NCBI GenBank assembly: GCA_951406725.2
Contig: OX597819.1
Coordinates: forward strand, 52,886,001 to 52,950,000
DNA: 64,000 nucleotides
Origin: Octopus vulgaris
Taxonomy: Eukaryota
Reading direction: 5' to 3'
In this document: piece by piece, positions 51,963 through 64,000 of the stretch
How positions within the stretch are numbered: position 1 is the stretch's first letter
Layout of the letters: every line of letters starts with the position of its first letter
Notes under the pieces: generated by a model
Database searches by the model: none
Told to the model about the DNA's origin: nothing
What the model saw: only the letters and a program-made list of their open reading frames with translations
Made by a program: the position numbers and the translations under genes

Positions 51963-53269
51963 CACACACACAAGAGCAAGAGAGTGAGAGAGAGAGAATA
52001 AAAGAGAGATGAAGATAAACAGGGAAACAAATAGAGAATAAAGAGATAAGGGAGAAGGAGGGGAGAGCGAGACAGACAGACAGACAGACAGACAGAGGCA
52101 GATCAGAGTCATTTTATAATATAGCAGATAATAGAAGAAAGTTAATTGAAAAATCAAAATAATTTCTATTGAGAAGCCTGCTCTGCAGATCCTTTCAAAC
52201 CATTATCCGAACTGACACCTTCAAATAGAACTCAAACCAACACCACCACCACCACCACTACTGCTGCTGCTGCTCCCACTACCACAACAACAACAACCAC
52301 TATTGCTGCAACAAGATGTTAAGCTAATTATTAGAGGAAGATTATTAGAATGAGAAATTACAGGCGTGAGGAAAAGATAATGCACAGCCAGCATAGAGAT
52401 AGATAGATCATTTGAGCCAGAGGCTAGCAGAATTGTACCTTGGCATTTCTTAAATTAGTACAGCTCACACTGTGTGCATCTCTATTTGATAAGTTCTTCA
52501 GCACACAGGAGATATTCCGTACAAGTAAGAATAACGAGAATGAGCGTCAATTACCATTTCCAGCAAAGTGACAAACCATAGGAGTCCCCATGACTGAAAG
52601 GTGTATTTGAAGTAATAGCAAGTGAATTTACATTGCTCTGTATTATGTGTGGTGGTGCTGGTGGTGGTGAAGGCAGTTGCCGTTAATAGTAACTGTGAGT
52701 ACAGACGATGCACTAAAAGAGGTGAAAAGTGCCAACATTAACCAAGGCAGATGATTTATGGTGAAAATCTTTGAAAAAAAAAAAAAGAAAAATGCAATAC
52801 AAAAAAAGATATAAAGGAAGAAAAAAATAAGGAAGGCAAAAAGAAAGAAACAAAGACGCAAGAAAAGGAGAGTGGGTAGATTGAAAAGTACATAAACTTG
52901 AATTACTTTCTTACTATATAGCAGAGTTAAAACTGAAATTACATAAACAGATTTCTGCAATGCTTTCATTTGGCTGCAGCTCTCTACCATGAGACATATA
53001 TGAATATAATAATAGCTGCTACATTTATTTAGCTTTTCCTCAACATAAATCATGCTAACACATTATATTCTGCCCAGCAAGAAATCGCTATTATGCTTTT
53101 TACATATCAGCATCCCATTAAATATATAACTGGGGTATAATATGGCAGCTTCTTTGAAAAGATACCCAACAAATAAATTACATACGTACATATATGAATT
53201 AAAAGTATGTGTGTGTATATGTCGGTGTGTTTGTAAATACATAAGTGTGTGTGTGTTTACATATATATA

Positions 53270-53368
53270 TACATATTATATATAAATATATATATATGTA
53301 TACGCACACAAACGTGTTTGTGTATATATATATATGTATACGCACACAAACGTGTTTGTGTATATATA
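53270..53368. repeat. Short tandem duplication of ATATGTATACGCACACAAACGTGTTTGTGTATATA
   Basis: Two identical copies about 38 bp apart. Confidence 0.9.
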
Positions 53369-54938
53369 CATGTATACACACACGTCTCTATATATACTCA
53401 CGAAAGTGTGAGTGTGTGAGCATGTACACATGTGCACATGCCAGTAGTAATAGTGAACATAATTTAGACTATGGGCACATGTTAAACATTTATGACAAGG
53501 CTGCTGATAACATAATTGGTCTATCCTTTCTCAAGAAGTAAATACACATTATCAATGTAAGATTATCTTCTCTCTAAATACTACATCAGTTTCTATGGAG
53601 GCTATAACATTGAGAATGATTCCGTGGTGCTTGTGTATGCATGTGTGCATGTTTGTGTGTGTAAGTGTGAGCATGCATGCACACACACATTTAAGTGTAT
53701 GAGCACACATATACATTACAAGAAATAAAAAGGCTCAAAAGAGCAATTACAAATAGAAGAGAGAAAAGTGTAATAATTTGTGTAGTCTTTTAACATTTAT
53801 TATTATCATCACCATCATCATCATCATAGATAAGGGCAGTAAAAGAAATAAAGAGGAAAAATAGAGTGGGAAGGAATGAGAGGAAGGTAGTATGTTGCTC
53901 CATCTGGATTTTACATAGCATTTTCTCTGAAGAAAAGTTAAGTATTGCCATGCTACTTAATTATGTATCTAAGTGTTCAATATATAGTTTGATCTCCTGA
54001 TGGTTGAAACACAATTACAACATGACATTTATATCAAAGTCAACAGCTAGCATGCAATTGCTGGTCTTAAGTTTCAGCACAAATCTATTTAACATTTTGC
54101 TAACCTGTAGAATTTAGATATCTGCTAAAACAATCAAATCAGCTAAATTGTATAAAGATTTGATTTATAAGAAACACTATACTAGCTGTTTACTTTGTCT
54201 AGCTAATTATTTGGTGCTTAACTATTTCGAAAGCATATATATTTTCCTTCATTTGCTGCCAAGTACACTTTCATTAACTGATTAGTTCTTGAGGTTTAGT
54301 ATATACCAAATTGCTGAAACAGGAAACACTAGTAATAATAGGTTGTTTCTTAAACTAAGGACTTTTTTTTTAATATTCTTTCATCAAATAAAAAGAGCAG
54401 CTCCAAATTTTTAATTGGAATTTAACTGGTAAATCTGATCTCTCACAAAATTTAATTCACTTTTCTAAAACAATAATTTTGGGTAATTGTTAACCTGATC
54501 TTTAGAAATGAAATATATTTTAATAATTACATCTTAACTACATTTCAATCAGTATCATCTCCAGTCACCATCAGGTATTGTATTCCTGGATATGTATATA
54601 GTATCAGGTCACGTATCAGTGGTATGGATGATAGCATGCATTACAACTCTTAATTCAGAAATAATGGCTTCCAGTTCAAATTCCAGTTGGTGTTGAGTAC
54701 GTATTCAATAATAAGATAACTTTATGATGACCAAAAGTCAAATCAATTGAAATGCAATGTAAATGTAATTATTAAAACAAAATGTCGTCTTGAAAGAAAT
54801 GATGATCAGAAACATTATAATCATATCAAAAATAATTTATCTCTGACATTTATATACATTGTTTGATTCTAAAATGTTTGTGTTATTTTCAAGTCACTAG
54901 ATAAACCATTAACAAAGCTATTCCATGGGGTTACTTAA

Positions 54939-55158
54939 CCCTTTTGTTACCGTATTTCTGTTGAGATGCTCAGTGTTTGTTTCAGTTACTTTAAATATAA
55001 CAAAGACTTTAGTAAAATAACTTAGTTACCACTCGGCTAGTGTTAGGAACATAAATTGTGACTAAAGTTTGGTGGAAGATTTTAATTCAAAACTTATGAA
55101 AACAAGACATTTGTACTCAGAGCCAGAGGTGGTTTCAGTCAGGTTGGTAACGAAAGGG
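54939..55158. mobile_element. TTAA-flanked piggyBac-like MITE
   Basis: TTAA lies at 54935-54938 and 55159-55162. The 13-bp TIRs CCCTTTTGTTACC and GGTAACGAAAGGG match at 12 of 13 positions. Confidence 0.88.
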
Positions 55159-55499
55159 TTAATGGTGAAGATTTCAAATGAACAAGAATTATTATGACCA
55201 AACATGAGGAATAAAGAAGCCTGTAGAGATCAATATTTTGAAACATAACAATAATACTAACTCTAGTTTTGATACAAGGCCAACAAATTTGAGGGAATGG
55301 GGATTGTCAGTTACATTAACACCAGTAAGTACCAGTACTTAACAGGTACTTTATTTCATTGGCTTCAATGGGATTTGATCTGAGAAAAATATTTAGCAGC
55401 TTTTCTTCTAGTCTAACACACTAATGATTCTGTCAACGCACTACTATGATGATGATGATGATAATAATAATAATAATAATTATAATTATAATAATAATA

Positions 55500-56150
55500 A
55501 CTAGTGACCGGGACCTTTGGAAATATGCTGTGCTTGAGAAGACTTGGCAAGCCCAAGTGAGACCATAACCTCGTGGCCTATGCCAGGGGTGTAACCAGTC
55601 CACTTATGCATACCTTTCATTCATTGGACACTAAACTCTGCTTGCGAAGACCTGTTGAGGCAAGTGAAATTGAAATCAAATTCAACGACTGGCATCCATG
55701 CTAGTGGAGTGCTAAGGGTACCATACGAGCATGATCGTTACCAGAGCAACAAACTGGCCTCCATGCCAGTGGCACATAAAAAACACCATTCGAGCGTGAT
55801 CATTACCTGTGTCACCTTACTGGCACTTGTGTTGGTGGTACGTGAAAAAACATTCGAGCAAGGTCATTGCCAGTGCCGCTGGACTGGCGCCTGTGCAGAT
55901 GGCATATAAAAAGTACCATTTGAGCGTGGCCATTGCCAGTACCGCCTGACTGGCCCTCGTGCTGGTGGCACATAAAAGCACCCACTACACTCTCAGAGTG
56001 GTGGGCATTAGGAAGGGCATCCAGCTGTAGAAACTCTGCCAGATCAGATTGGAGTCTGGTGCAGCCATCTGGTTCGCCAGTCCTCAGTCAAATTGTCCAA
56101 CCCATACTAGCATGGAACGCAGATGCTAAACAAGGATAATGATGATGATG
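55500..56150 (+). mobile_element. 3' end of an RTE-clade LINE: ORF2 C-terminus, 3' UTR with ~65-bp internal repeats and (GAT)n tail
   Basis: 55500-55568 reads TSDRDLWKYAVLEKTWQAQVRP*, the DR..W terminal motif of RTE ORF2. GGCACATAAA-like units lie at 55771, 55837, 55901 and 55967. This is the longest family D copy in the window. Confidence 0.8.
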
Positions 56151-56419
56151 AATAAACTCTACATCTAAACAAACTAACAAAACATCACACTAATTCAGTT
56201 TTCTCCATATGCAAAAGAAAAAAAAAACAAATGCAAATAAAAACCCTAGCAATTAGATTAAAATATTCACTATGAATCTGTAGCATTAAAGTAGATTGTC
56301 CAAAATTTTAAATTACCAGAAATAATTCAGTATCTACTAAAAATGATAACATGTAAATAAGTTCTAGACTTTAATTCCCATCACAGTATATAAAACAGGA
56401 AAAGTGCAAACAAACAGAA

Positions 56420-57400
56420 ATATGTTGCTATTTTACATGGATATTTTACACCACATCTCATAAAAGAAACAAAACCCTAACCTAGATATAATTTTAGAAC
56501 TGAATACCAAACTTAAGATACATTCTCAAAGCTGAAATGATATTAGAAAATAAAATACAATGCTTAAATGAAAGAATGAAGTGAAAAAAAAATAACATAC
56601 AAGAATCAAAGAAACCAAACCAGAACAACACAAAATATGAATATGAATATTTAGGAATGCAAATCACAATAATTTAAGGTGAAAAAAACTCAAGACAGAA
56701 AATTAACAGATCTTCCTATAGAGACCAAAAAAAAGCAACATCCAAAGATAAAACTCAACAAGAAAACAGTAATATTAATAGCAAACATGAAATTGGCCAT
56801 TGTAGACTTAATGAAGACAGATACAAACATCAATATCACCAGTTTAAACAAAATTATATATGGAATGACCATGGTAGTTACAAAAGGAAGTGGATACATG
56901 CTCAGAAACTATGTGGATAAGAATATCAAAGTACAAACAGACATACAAAAAATAGATTTCTCAATCCATAATGAAAATCAATAATGAAAAGAAACAATGA
57001 AAACAAACAAACAGAAAGAGACAAATACAAAAGAAATATAACAAAACAAAGAAGGAATACCCAAAAATAAACACCTGAAAGAAGAGAACCTCACTAAATT
57101 ACAAAGAATTCATCTGTAAGAAAAGAGCTAACAAGTCTTTGAAGAGAATAGTTGGATTTGAATTCTAAAAGACATCTGTCAAGAACAAGATAAAAAAAAA
57201 TTACATAAATCAATGCAGCAAGGGAAGTATGAATATTCACAATAGATGACACAGTTTGCAACAACAACAACAAACACAGCATGGGAACAATCATGGGCAG
57301 TCATGTCACCACAGAGGATATAAAAAAAAAAGAAAGAAAAATGTTAATCTCCAAGACTAAAGATTGAGCAAAGCCTAAAATCTACAGAACCATAACCTGC
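56420..57400 (+). pseudogene. Decayed non-LTR retrotransposon fragment, possibly R4/Dong-like pre-RT region
   Basis: The stretch is A-rich and coding-like. PKIKLNKKT...NITSLNKIIYGMTMVVTKGSG resembles, from memory, the DIT.LN.LIYA.A.V motif of R4/Dong ORFs. It has many stops. Confidence 0.4.
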
Positions 57401-57463
57401 CATAGTAACATGGATTGGATGGGCCATTACAATCCGAGACATTACTTTAATAATATTAATGAC

Positions 57464-57833
57464 AACAAGAGCACTCAGAGAGTGCAAGCCTCTGCCAAGG
57501 CAACACCTACATCCTCCCAATAATTAGCCAGAGATGATTTTTAAAATGATAATTTCAGAAATAAACTCAGCTGCTCTCACAAACGAGAATACTAAAAATG
57601 AACCCAACCGCTCTCAAACATTAAGTAAAAAAACAGGAAAAATAATCTAGAATTCTTGACCGGCACTGGATTGATTCCAAAACCTAATCAGTTCATGCCA
57701 GTCATAAGGCCAAATATCCCTGAAAGTTTCATCCGAATCCATCCAGCGGTTCTTGAGATATCTCATCCACAGACAAACAAACAAATGAACACGACTGAAA
57801 ACAATACCTCCACCTTTGCTAAGTCAGAGGTAA
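57464..57833 (-). mobile_element. DINE-1/HINE-like non-autonomous Helentron
   Basis: AACAAGAGCACTCAGAGAGTGCAAGCCTCTGCCAAGGC, a short (CAAA)n and TACCTCCACCTTTGCTAAGTCAGAGGTAA. It is colinear with 34897-35478. Confidence 0.78.
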
Positions 57834-57855
57834 CAACAACAACAACAACAACAAC

Positions 57856-57904
<49 letters not shown>

Positions 57905-57909
57905 GCAAT

Positions 57910-58126
57910 AATTCTTTCTAATTTTGGCACAAGACCAGCAGTTTTGAAGGTGGGGGCAGTTGATTACATCCACCCCAATTCTTGATTTATACTTATTTTA
58001 TTGACCCCCAAAAAGGTAAGACACAAAGCTAAACTTGGCTGGATTAGAGCTCAATATGGAAAGAGCTCGAAGAAATGCTGCCAAGCATTTGTCCAACATG
58101 GTAACAAATTTGCCAGCTCACCACCT
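57910..58126 (-). mobile_element. Diverged SINE family B
   Basis: TTTCTAATTTTGGCACAAGACCAGCAG...TACTTATTTTATTGACCCC...GAAATGCTGCCAAGCATT...GCCAGCTCACCACCTT. Confidence 0.75.
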
Positions 58127-60704
58127 TAATAATGATAGCAGCAGCAATAATAACAATTTTAATAATTTTAATAATAATAATAATAATAATAATATGGTCT
58201 TTAAGTATTAAAAAAAACACACCAATATATGCCAATAAAAAACGAAAAATCTATCAACAGCACATCAATAAAGTTTGGTGAATTTTAAATCAAAGTAACT
58301 GATAATAGTTTAAAACTACCCCACCATACCTGATTCACTCTCTCCAGAATTCAAGTCAAACAATAAATTTTGATGGTTACAATAATTTTACAGTTGTCAT
58401 TGAAAAATGAGGGGAAGAGGGGGAGTATTTGCTAAACATCAACGAGGAAGTTATAAAATTGATTTATTGAAAAATAATAGTTTCCAGATAACAACAATAA
58501 CCAAAAACGAAAAAGAAACAACAAAAAAAAAGTGATAATAAAACAAGGCGAAATTCATTTATAATATTAAAAAAAAAAAGAAAAAAATTTAAATAATAAA
58601 TTTTGAAATAAAACGCATAAATTTATCATGCAAGTCAAAAGACAACAACACCAATAACAACAACATGGAAGACAAAAGTTTAAAAATACCAAAAAAATTG
58701 CAAATAAAATAAAAACCCAACAAAATATTCAATTCAAGTTCCTCCATAAACTGATTTCTTTATAACAGACTGTGTGGCTTTAGTTTTATTTTAAACCAGT
58801 TGTTAGTTTTTGTTTTTATTTGTACTTTTTTTTTGTATTTTCATTCAGTTGGATTCTTTCTTTACATTCTCTTCTTCCTTTAATTACAGTTGCACGGGAG
58901 ACAAAAATGTAAGAGAATCAATAGCAAAAACAACCACCAAAATCAATACTTATCCAGTTAAGCGTAATAAAGTTAATGATTTAACAAACAAACAAACCAA
59001 AAAAAGAAAAGAAGAAAAGAAAAAACACACAGAAAACAAAATGAAATAAAGAGATAAAATTTCTTCACTTTACTGAATTGTTCTCAGAAAGAATAAATAA
59101 AACCAATTTGCAAACCAAAGATATTTTCCAGCATTGCTTTTTTACCCCCAATTTTTACCTCAATATAATAGGTCTGTTTCTTAATTTCACTTAACTTAGT
59201 TATTCTTTTTTCTTTTTTTTATGTATCTATATTTCATAGAAATTCAGTTTTGGTTCAGATCCATTCCAGAAACCAACCCTGACCCCTTCCAGATTTCTAT
59301 ACTAAATCAGAGTCCATTAAAGCTTCTCAGAATTCCTAAACGAAAATCAAAAGACAACGAAAAAAAAAGATTTCTTCAGGTTCCTTCACCTGACCCAATT
59401 CCAACCCTACCCATTTCACAGCATTTATAGATAGTTAAATTACCAAGACCTTGTAAATGGGGCTTTGAAAGCAATTTAATCTGAGGTGGAGGTGGAAATT
59501 GATAAGAATTTTACAAAATGATTTATTATGCTCGATGATTATCGAAAATTATTCATTTTTATGAAGTGAAAACTTGCATATTTAAGTGCAACCTTCTAGA
59601 CATATGGAAATCAAATGAAGGGAACAAGCATTGCCATCTTCATTATGTACCGCAGTGAATAAACCAGCCTAGCAATGAACAGATAAGCAGAAAAAGAGCC
59701 TAACAAAAATATTCTTTCATTATCAACATGGACATTAATGATATTAATAATATTGTAGATAAAATTCTAAAGAGGAAACTTGGAGGCTTCTAAAAATGTT
59801 CAATGGTCTACAAAGAACTCGTAAAGTTACTCTAATTTGATTTTTTCTTATTTATTTTCAATTTTCTTTTTTTTAAATTTTATTTTTATCTATTTTCTTA
59901 GAATTTTCACTTTGAAATGAAAGTGTCTGTGGAATTATAATTGAAAATGTACATTCCCTCATTGAGCATTTTTACCTTTGATGATAGACACTAACAACAC
60001 CTTTCTTTCTCTTTCATCATCAGCAATAAAGTGAAGAAGCAACTGCAACCATTAAATTCAATAATAAGAATAAAAATAAATAGCAACAACAACAACAACA
60101 AGCAACTAAAAGGGAACATATTTGATATTCTTTCAGAGTTTGTAAAAGAAAAAGAAAAAAAAAAGAAATAATATTTCAGAAGCTGATCAATTTCAACGCT
60201 ACGATCAAATTGGAATGACATAGTAACAACTTTTCAAATAATCATCAGATTTATTTTCAAACTATTCCTGGAAGAACTTGTCAGAGTTGCAGTTGATTGT
60301 GATATCAAATAATTCCAATCAGTTTTGATTATGCAGGCCAACAGCCCAGGAACACTTGACAGTGATCCACAAAATTCAACATGGTTGTTAAAGAATTTGA
60401 ACATGGGTCTACAAAGGAGTTGCAAAGTCTTAACAGAACCAACCCCGAGAAGTGAAACTGGTTATCATACATCATAGATAAGCCATCACTGATTCATAAG
60501 TGTTGATGAGCGCATCATGAGAGCCTTGATTTTTATATCCTATTTCAACTGTTTTATTGTATATCAGTGCAAGACACAATGTTTCAATTTCTTGCTTTCA
60601 TAACAAAAGAAATTCCAGTCCAACTGGAGTTATGCTACCTGCAACAGACTTGCATATCATCCACGTGAAAGATGACCTCTCATCTGCTTCATAATATGGA
60701 AAAG

Positions 60705-61110
60705 AAGTAGTTGGTGTCAGAAAGGACATCCAGCAATAGAAACTGACCCCCCCCCCCAAAAAAAAAAGAAAATGAAGCTGAAAAGTGAGGGTCAGTCCTT
60801 CAACCCATCAAATAGAGCAGCAATGTCCTGCCTGAACTATGCCAACATACACAGTGGATGTAAAATTATGACAATGATGACACACATATCATCATCACAG
60901 CTTAAGATACGTTTTCCATGCTGGTAGGGAACAGATGGTTTGAGAGGATCCAGAGAGCTATATATCTGCACTGGGTACCAGTGTTAGCTTGCTTTGACAT
61001 GGATTCTATAGATGGGTGCCCTTTCTTAACACTAGCCACTTTCATATGTACTGGCTGCTCTTTTCATGACACTGGCACTAGTGATGTGGTCAAGTAAATT
61101 GCAAGACAGG
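60705..61110. mobile_element. Two old family D-like tails in opposite orientation (plus 60705-60880, minus 60888-61110)
   Basis: The plus copy reads TTGGTGTCAGAAAGGACATCCAGC...GTGGATGTAAAATTATGA. The minus copy reads GTTTTCCATGCTGG...GGGTGCCCTTTCTTAACACTAGCCAC. Confidence 0.6.
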
Positions 61111-63469
61111 AAAGGAAGAGGGAAAAGGAAAAAGTCTCCACTACCAAATAATGGTGAGGGGAGTATTTGAGAGGGAGAAGTGGTTTTATGCCAGGTGTTG
61201 AAAGGCTAAAGTATGACAGGAATGCTTGATAGACACACAGAAACATATACACCTAAACATGTGCTGCACTGTACTACACAATTTTTATCTACAGGTTTCT
61301 CGCTAACATTATGCACAAACAGATGTAAACACTTTGTTTTCATGTTCAATAACTTTGTTTTTTTTCTCTTTTTTTGGGGGGTGGGGGGTTGTTTGGCTGA
61401 TCAGTAAACATCTGCACCTGTGAAAATATGTAGATTTTAGCTGTTAGATGTACATTGGGTAGAATTATATGCAAAATTTCTCAGTTAAACAGAACTGTCA
61501 TTTCTTTGCTCCTTTTCTGAGGCATGTAAGAGAATCTCTCAGAGAAATGATATAGCGTCACTACATATAACATACCCAGTCACTTCCTCATGATTTGCAT
61601 TCTTACACCAACTTCAATTCTCCAAGGGCCGCTTGGATTCAATCAGATACCAGCATGAATCCATAATGAATGAGCTAATTAAAAAGCCTTTACATTCCCC
61701 CTCTGTTCTCTTGCTATTTATCAATCTATCTGCCAGAAAATGCAACCAAATCTCAAACTACCCACCGACAATCCTGGGTACAGTATTTCTGGGGAAAAAG
61801 TTACAGGATAGTCACAGCATGAATACCTTTGATTGTAGGTCAGTTCAAAACAGTTCAAAACCTGGAAGGGAGGAAGAGGTTTAAACAACAAACCACAACA
61901 TAGATTTACTTATTTACCTTCTCTTTCTCCAATACATATCCACATACACTATTAGGGAACACTTCAATGGCTTACTCCCAAATAGATATTTTGAGGACAA
62001 AAATCTTAAAATCCCAACTTGCTTTAAGTAAGTATATTTAACAACCTCACAGCTAAACAAGCAAGTGACATACTGCTTCAAACATAAAACTGAATTTAAT
62101 TCTAATTTATTTGTACAGTATATAGTTGAAAACTGGAATTCAAACACATGCCATAAAACAGGGTTTCCAGTTCTTCCTTGGAAGGCAAGTAGACAGGACC
62201 AAATGAAATGAAAGCCATCTGCACTAGAATTAAATGTTGATGTGTTAAGGATTTATGAGAAAAAGCAATGGAAATTTTTTTGTCAGATTTGTAAATAAAG
62301 AAGAAAGAAAACCAAAAGCAAAACCAAATTGGTATGTGTGTAAGATATATAAGGGACAGAGTGAATTGGAAAGAAAAATACCCAAGAGAAACTAACGTAT
62401 TAGCAACATTATAACAGTAACTATAGTGCAGTAAATTGTTATAAGATCTAACAACATGTAACTAGTTGCATTAGCCTGAAATAGGAAAAGAGAATTTATC
62501 TCTGAAAAGATGGAAAAGAGAAGGCAAATGGAAAAGGACAGACACCTCCCACATCATATTTCTCCTTTTCATGTGAAAATAACTTAAGCTAACTTCACTA
62601 ACAATGTTACTTTATGGAGTAGAACACAGCATATTTTATTGGGTTTTTGGAGAATGACATTTAAATGGATATCACAAATAGTTAATCATTTTAGCTCTGG
62701 CTTCAGTGTACAGTGCTATCTTAAACCAAGCTGGCAGGCAAATATGCACAGTGTCAATTAGTTTTTGTTTGTCTCCCCATCCCCCACAACTCCACTGTCA
62801 ACCCCTCTCTTTCGTTAACTGCAACATGTGTTCTGTATTCAATCCTGGATTAATCTTCAACATTTGAATTTCATTGTATTTCCATGATATTTTTCAAAAT
62901 AATTGTTTTAAAACTGTTCTGCCTTGACACCACAAACTAGAGGATTTTTCAAACTTTAAACTTAGCACAAAATGCTGGCACATATTCATTCCTTTTCTCC
63001 CTCTTTCATTCCCCTATTCATGTCTGCCTTCCATGCTACAGTATTTCACATCTATAACCTTGCACACACTTCTATCCCACACTCAACATACTTCTTGCCT
63101 TCTCTTTTACCTCACACTTGTACCTGTTCGTATCTCCTCACTTCCATGCTTTCCTCATACACACACACAAAATACGATATAATTACACACACAAACTCAC
63201 ACCTCATACCCCTACTAATCCATGCCATTATAGTATCACACTTGCACACCTTTACATATATGCAGATCACCAGAAACACCAAACACACACACCTCGCTCT
63301 TGCACATCTCAAAGCACAAATACACTCCTTTACATGCATACACACACACACGCCCCTCCTCCCTTCTTAACTCTCCTCCACTGAACTGCATTCCCATCTG
63401 GCCCTCAAAACCCCCATCCATTTCCTTTTTTTTTCTTTCTCTTTCAACCACTTCTTTCACACTCCTCCT

Positions 63470-63515
63470 ATGCCTTTTTCTGATGAAGGACTGATACCTG
63501 AAATGTTAAGTCTCT
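63470..63515 (+). ncRNA. Degenerate minimal hammerhead ribozyme motif of Penelope-like-element type
   Basis: CTGATGA(63480-63486)-AGG-actgata-CCT-GAAA(63500-63503)-TGTTA shows the core boxes and stem II in the correct order. Stems I and III are weak. Confidence 0.45.
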
Positions 63516-64000
63516 TTGCTTTCTTTCTTTTACATGTTAAAACCTGTTCCTCAGTGTTGTCTTTTTCTTTTTCTTTATTACATTTTCAATATATTTATTC
63601 CATTTATTTTTCAAACCTTTAATTTACAACTAAATTCATTTATTTACAGCTAATCATAACAATTTTTTCAGGTATTTAAATGAAAGTAAGTAGGATAAAA
63701 TATGATGGCACTGGTAAAACTTGAACCTTAGGATAATAGTGCAAAAATCTAAACAATATATTTAGATGCATCTTTCCTAAATCATTGCATCTCTGAATTT
63801 AGATCAAATAAGACTTTAAGGCAAATTCATAATCAAACTGGAGATTATCAAGTGAATTTATTAATGAGTTTATGAAGAGATGTACACTGAAAGATCTATT
63901 AACTTGCATCTGATTGAAATTTAGTATTCAGCATTTATAGATGCAATAGTATGAGTTTATTTTGGTTCTGGTAATGACAAAAGCCAAACTGTTCTATATA

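Noticed and set aside
52502-52527. HTGDIPYK, resembling a C2H2 zinc-finger linker between AG and GTAAGA
   Set aside because: There are in-frame stops on both sides and no C-x2-C or H-x3-H pattern. A 23-nt exon would shift the frame.
60331-60477. 48-aa plus-strand ORF MQANSPGTLDSDPQNSTWLLK...
   Set aside because: It is short, has no recognisable homology and has no supporting splice or promoter context.

Overview
This is eukaryotic, AT-rich, microsatellite-saturated non-coding DNA. The SINE families look like those I recall from octopus (coleoid cephalopod) genomes; that assignment is inferred from memory, not from a search. I can support no intact host gene, tRNA, rRNA or CRISPR array, and most track ORFs are translations of (TA)n, (TG)n, (GA)n or (AAT)n runs or of SINEs. 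The supportable content is a layered transposon record. It includes many copies of at least four SINE-like families (the labels A-G are my own, local to this window) and RTE-LINE 3' ends. It also includes an internally deleted Helitron (26.8-29.2 kb, minus strand), two DINE-1/HINE-like Helentron derivatives, four TTAA-flanked MITEs, a palindromic mariner derivative and a decayed R4/Dong-like fragment. Three structures stand out. (1) A young G-rich 156-bp concatemer capped by an ~80-bp fold-back is fused to the 5' end of a retroposed LINE tail (11.1-12.1 kb). (2) A 420-bp hairpin is built from two mariner 3' ends (37.1-37.5 kb). (3) A Penelope-type minimal hammerhead motif lies at 63.48 kb. Repeat-free islands rich in homeodomain motifs suggest a large intron or regulatory domain, but this is unproven. 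I found no clearly new multi-gene system.
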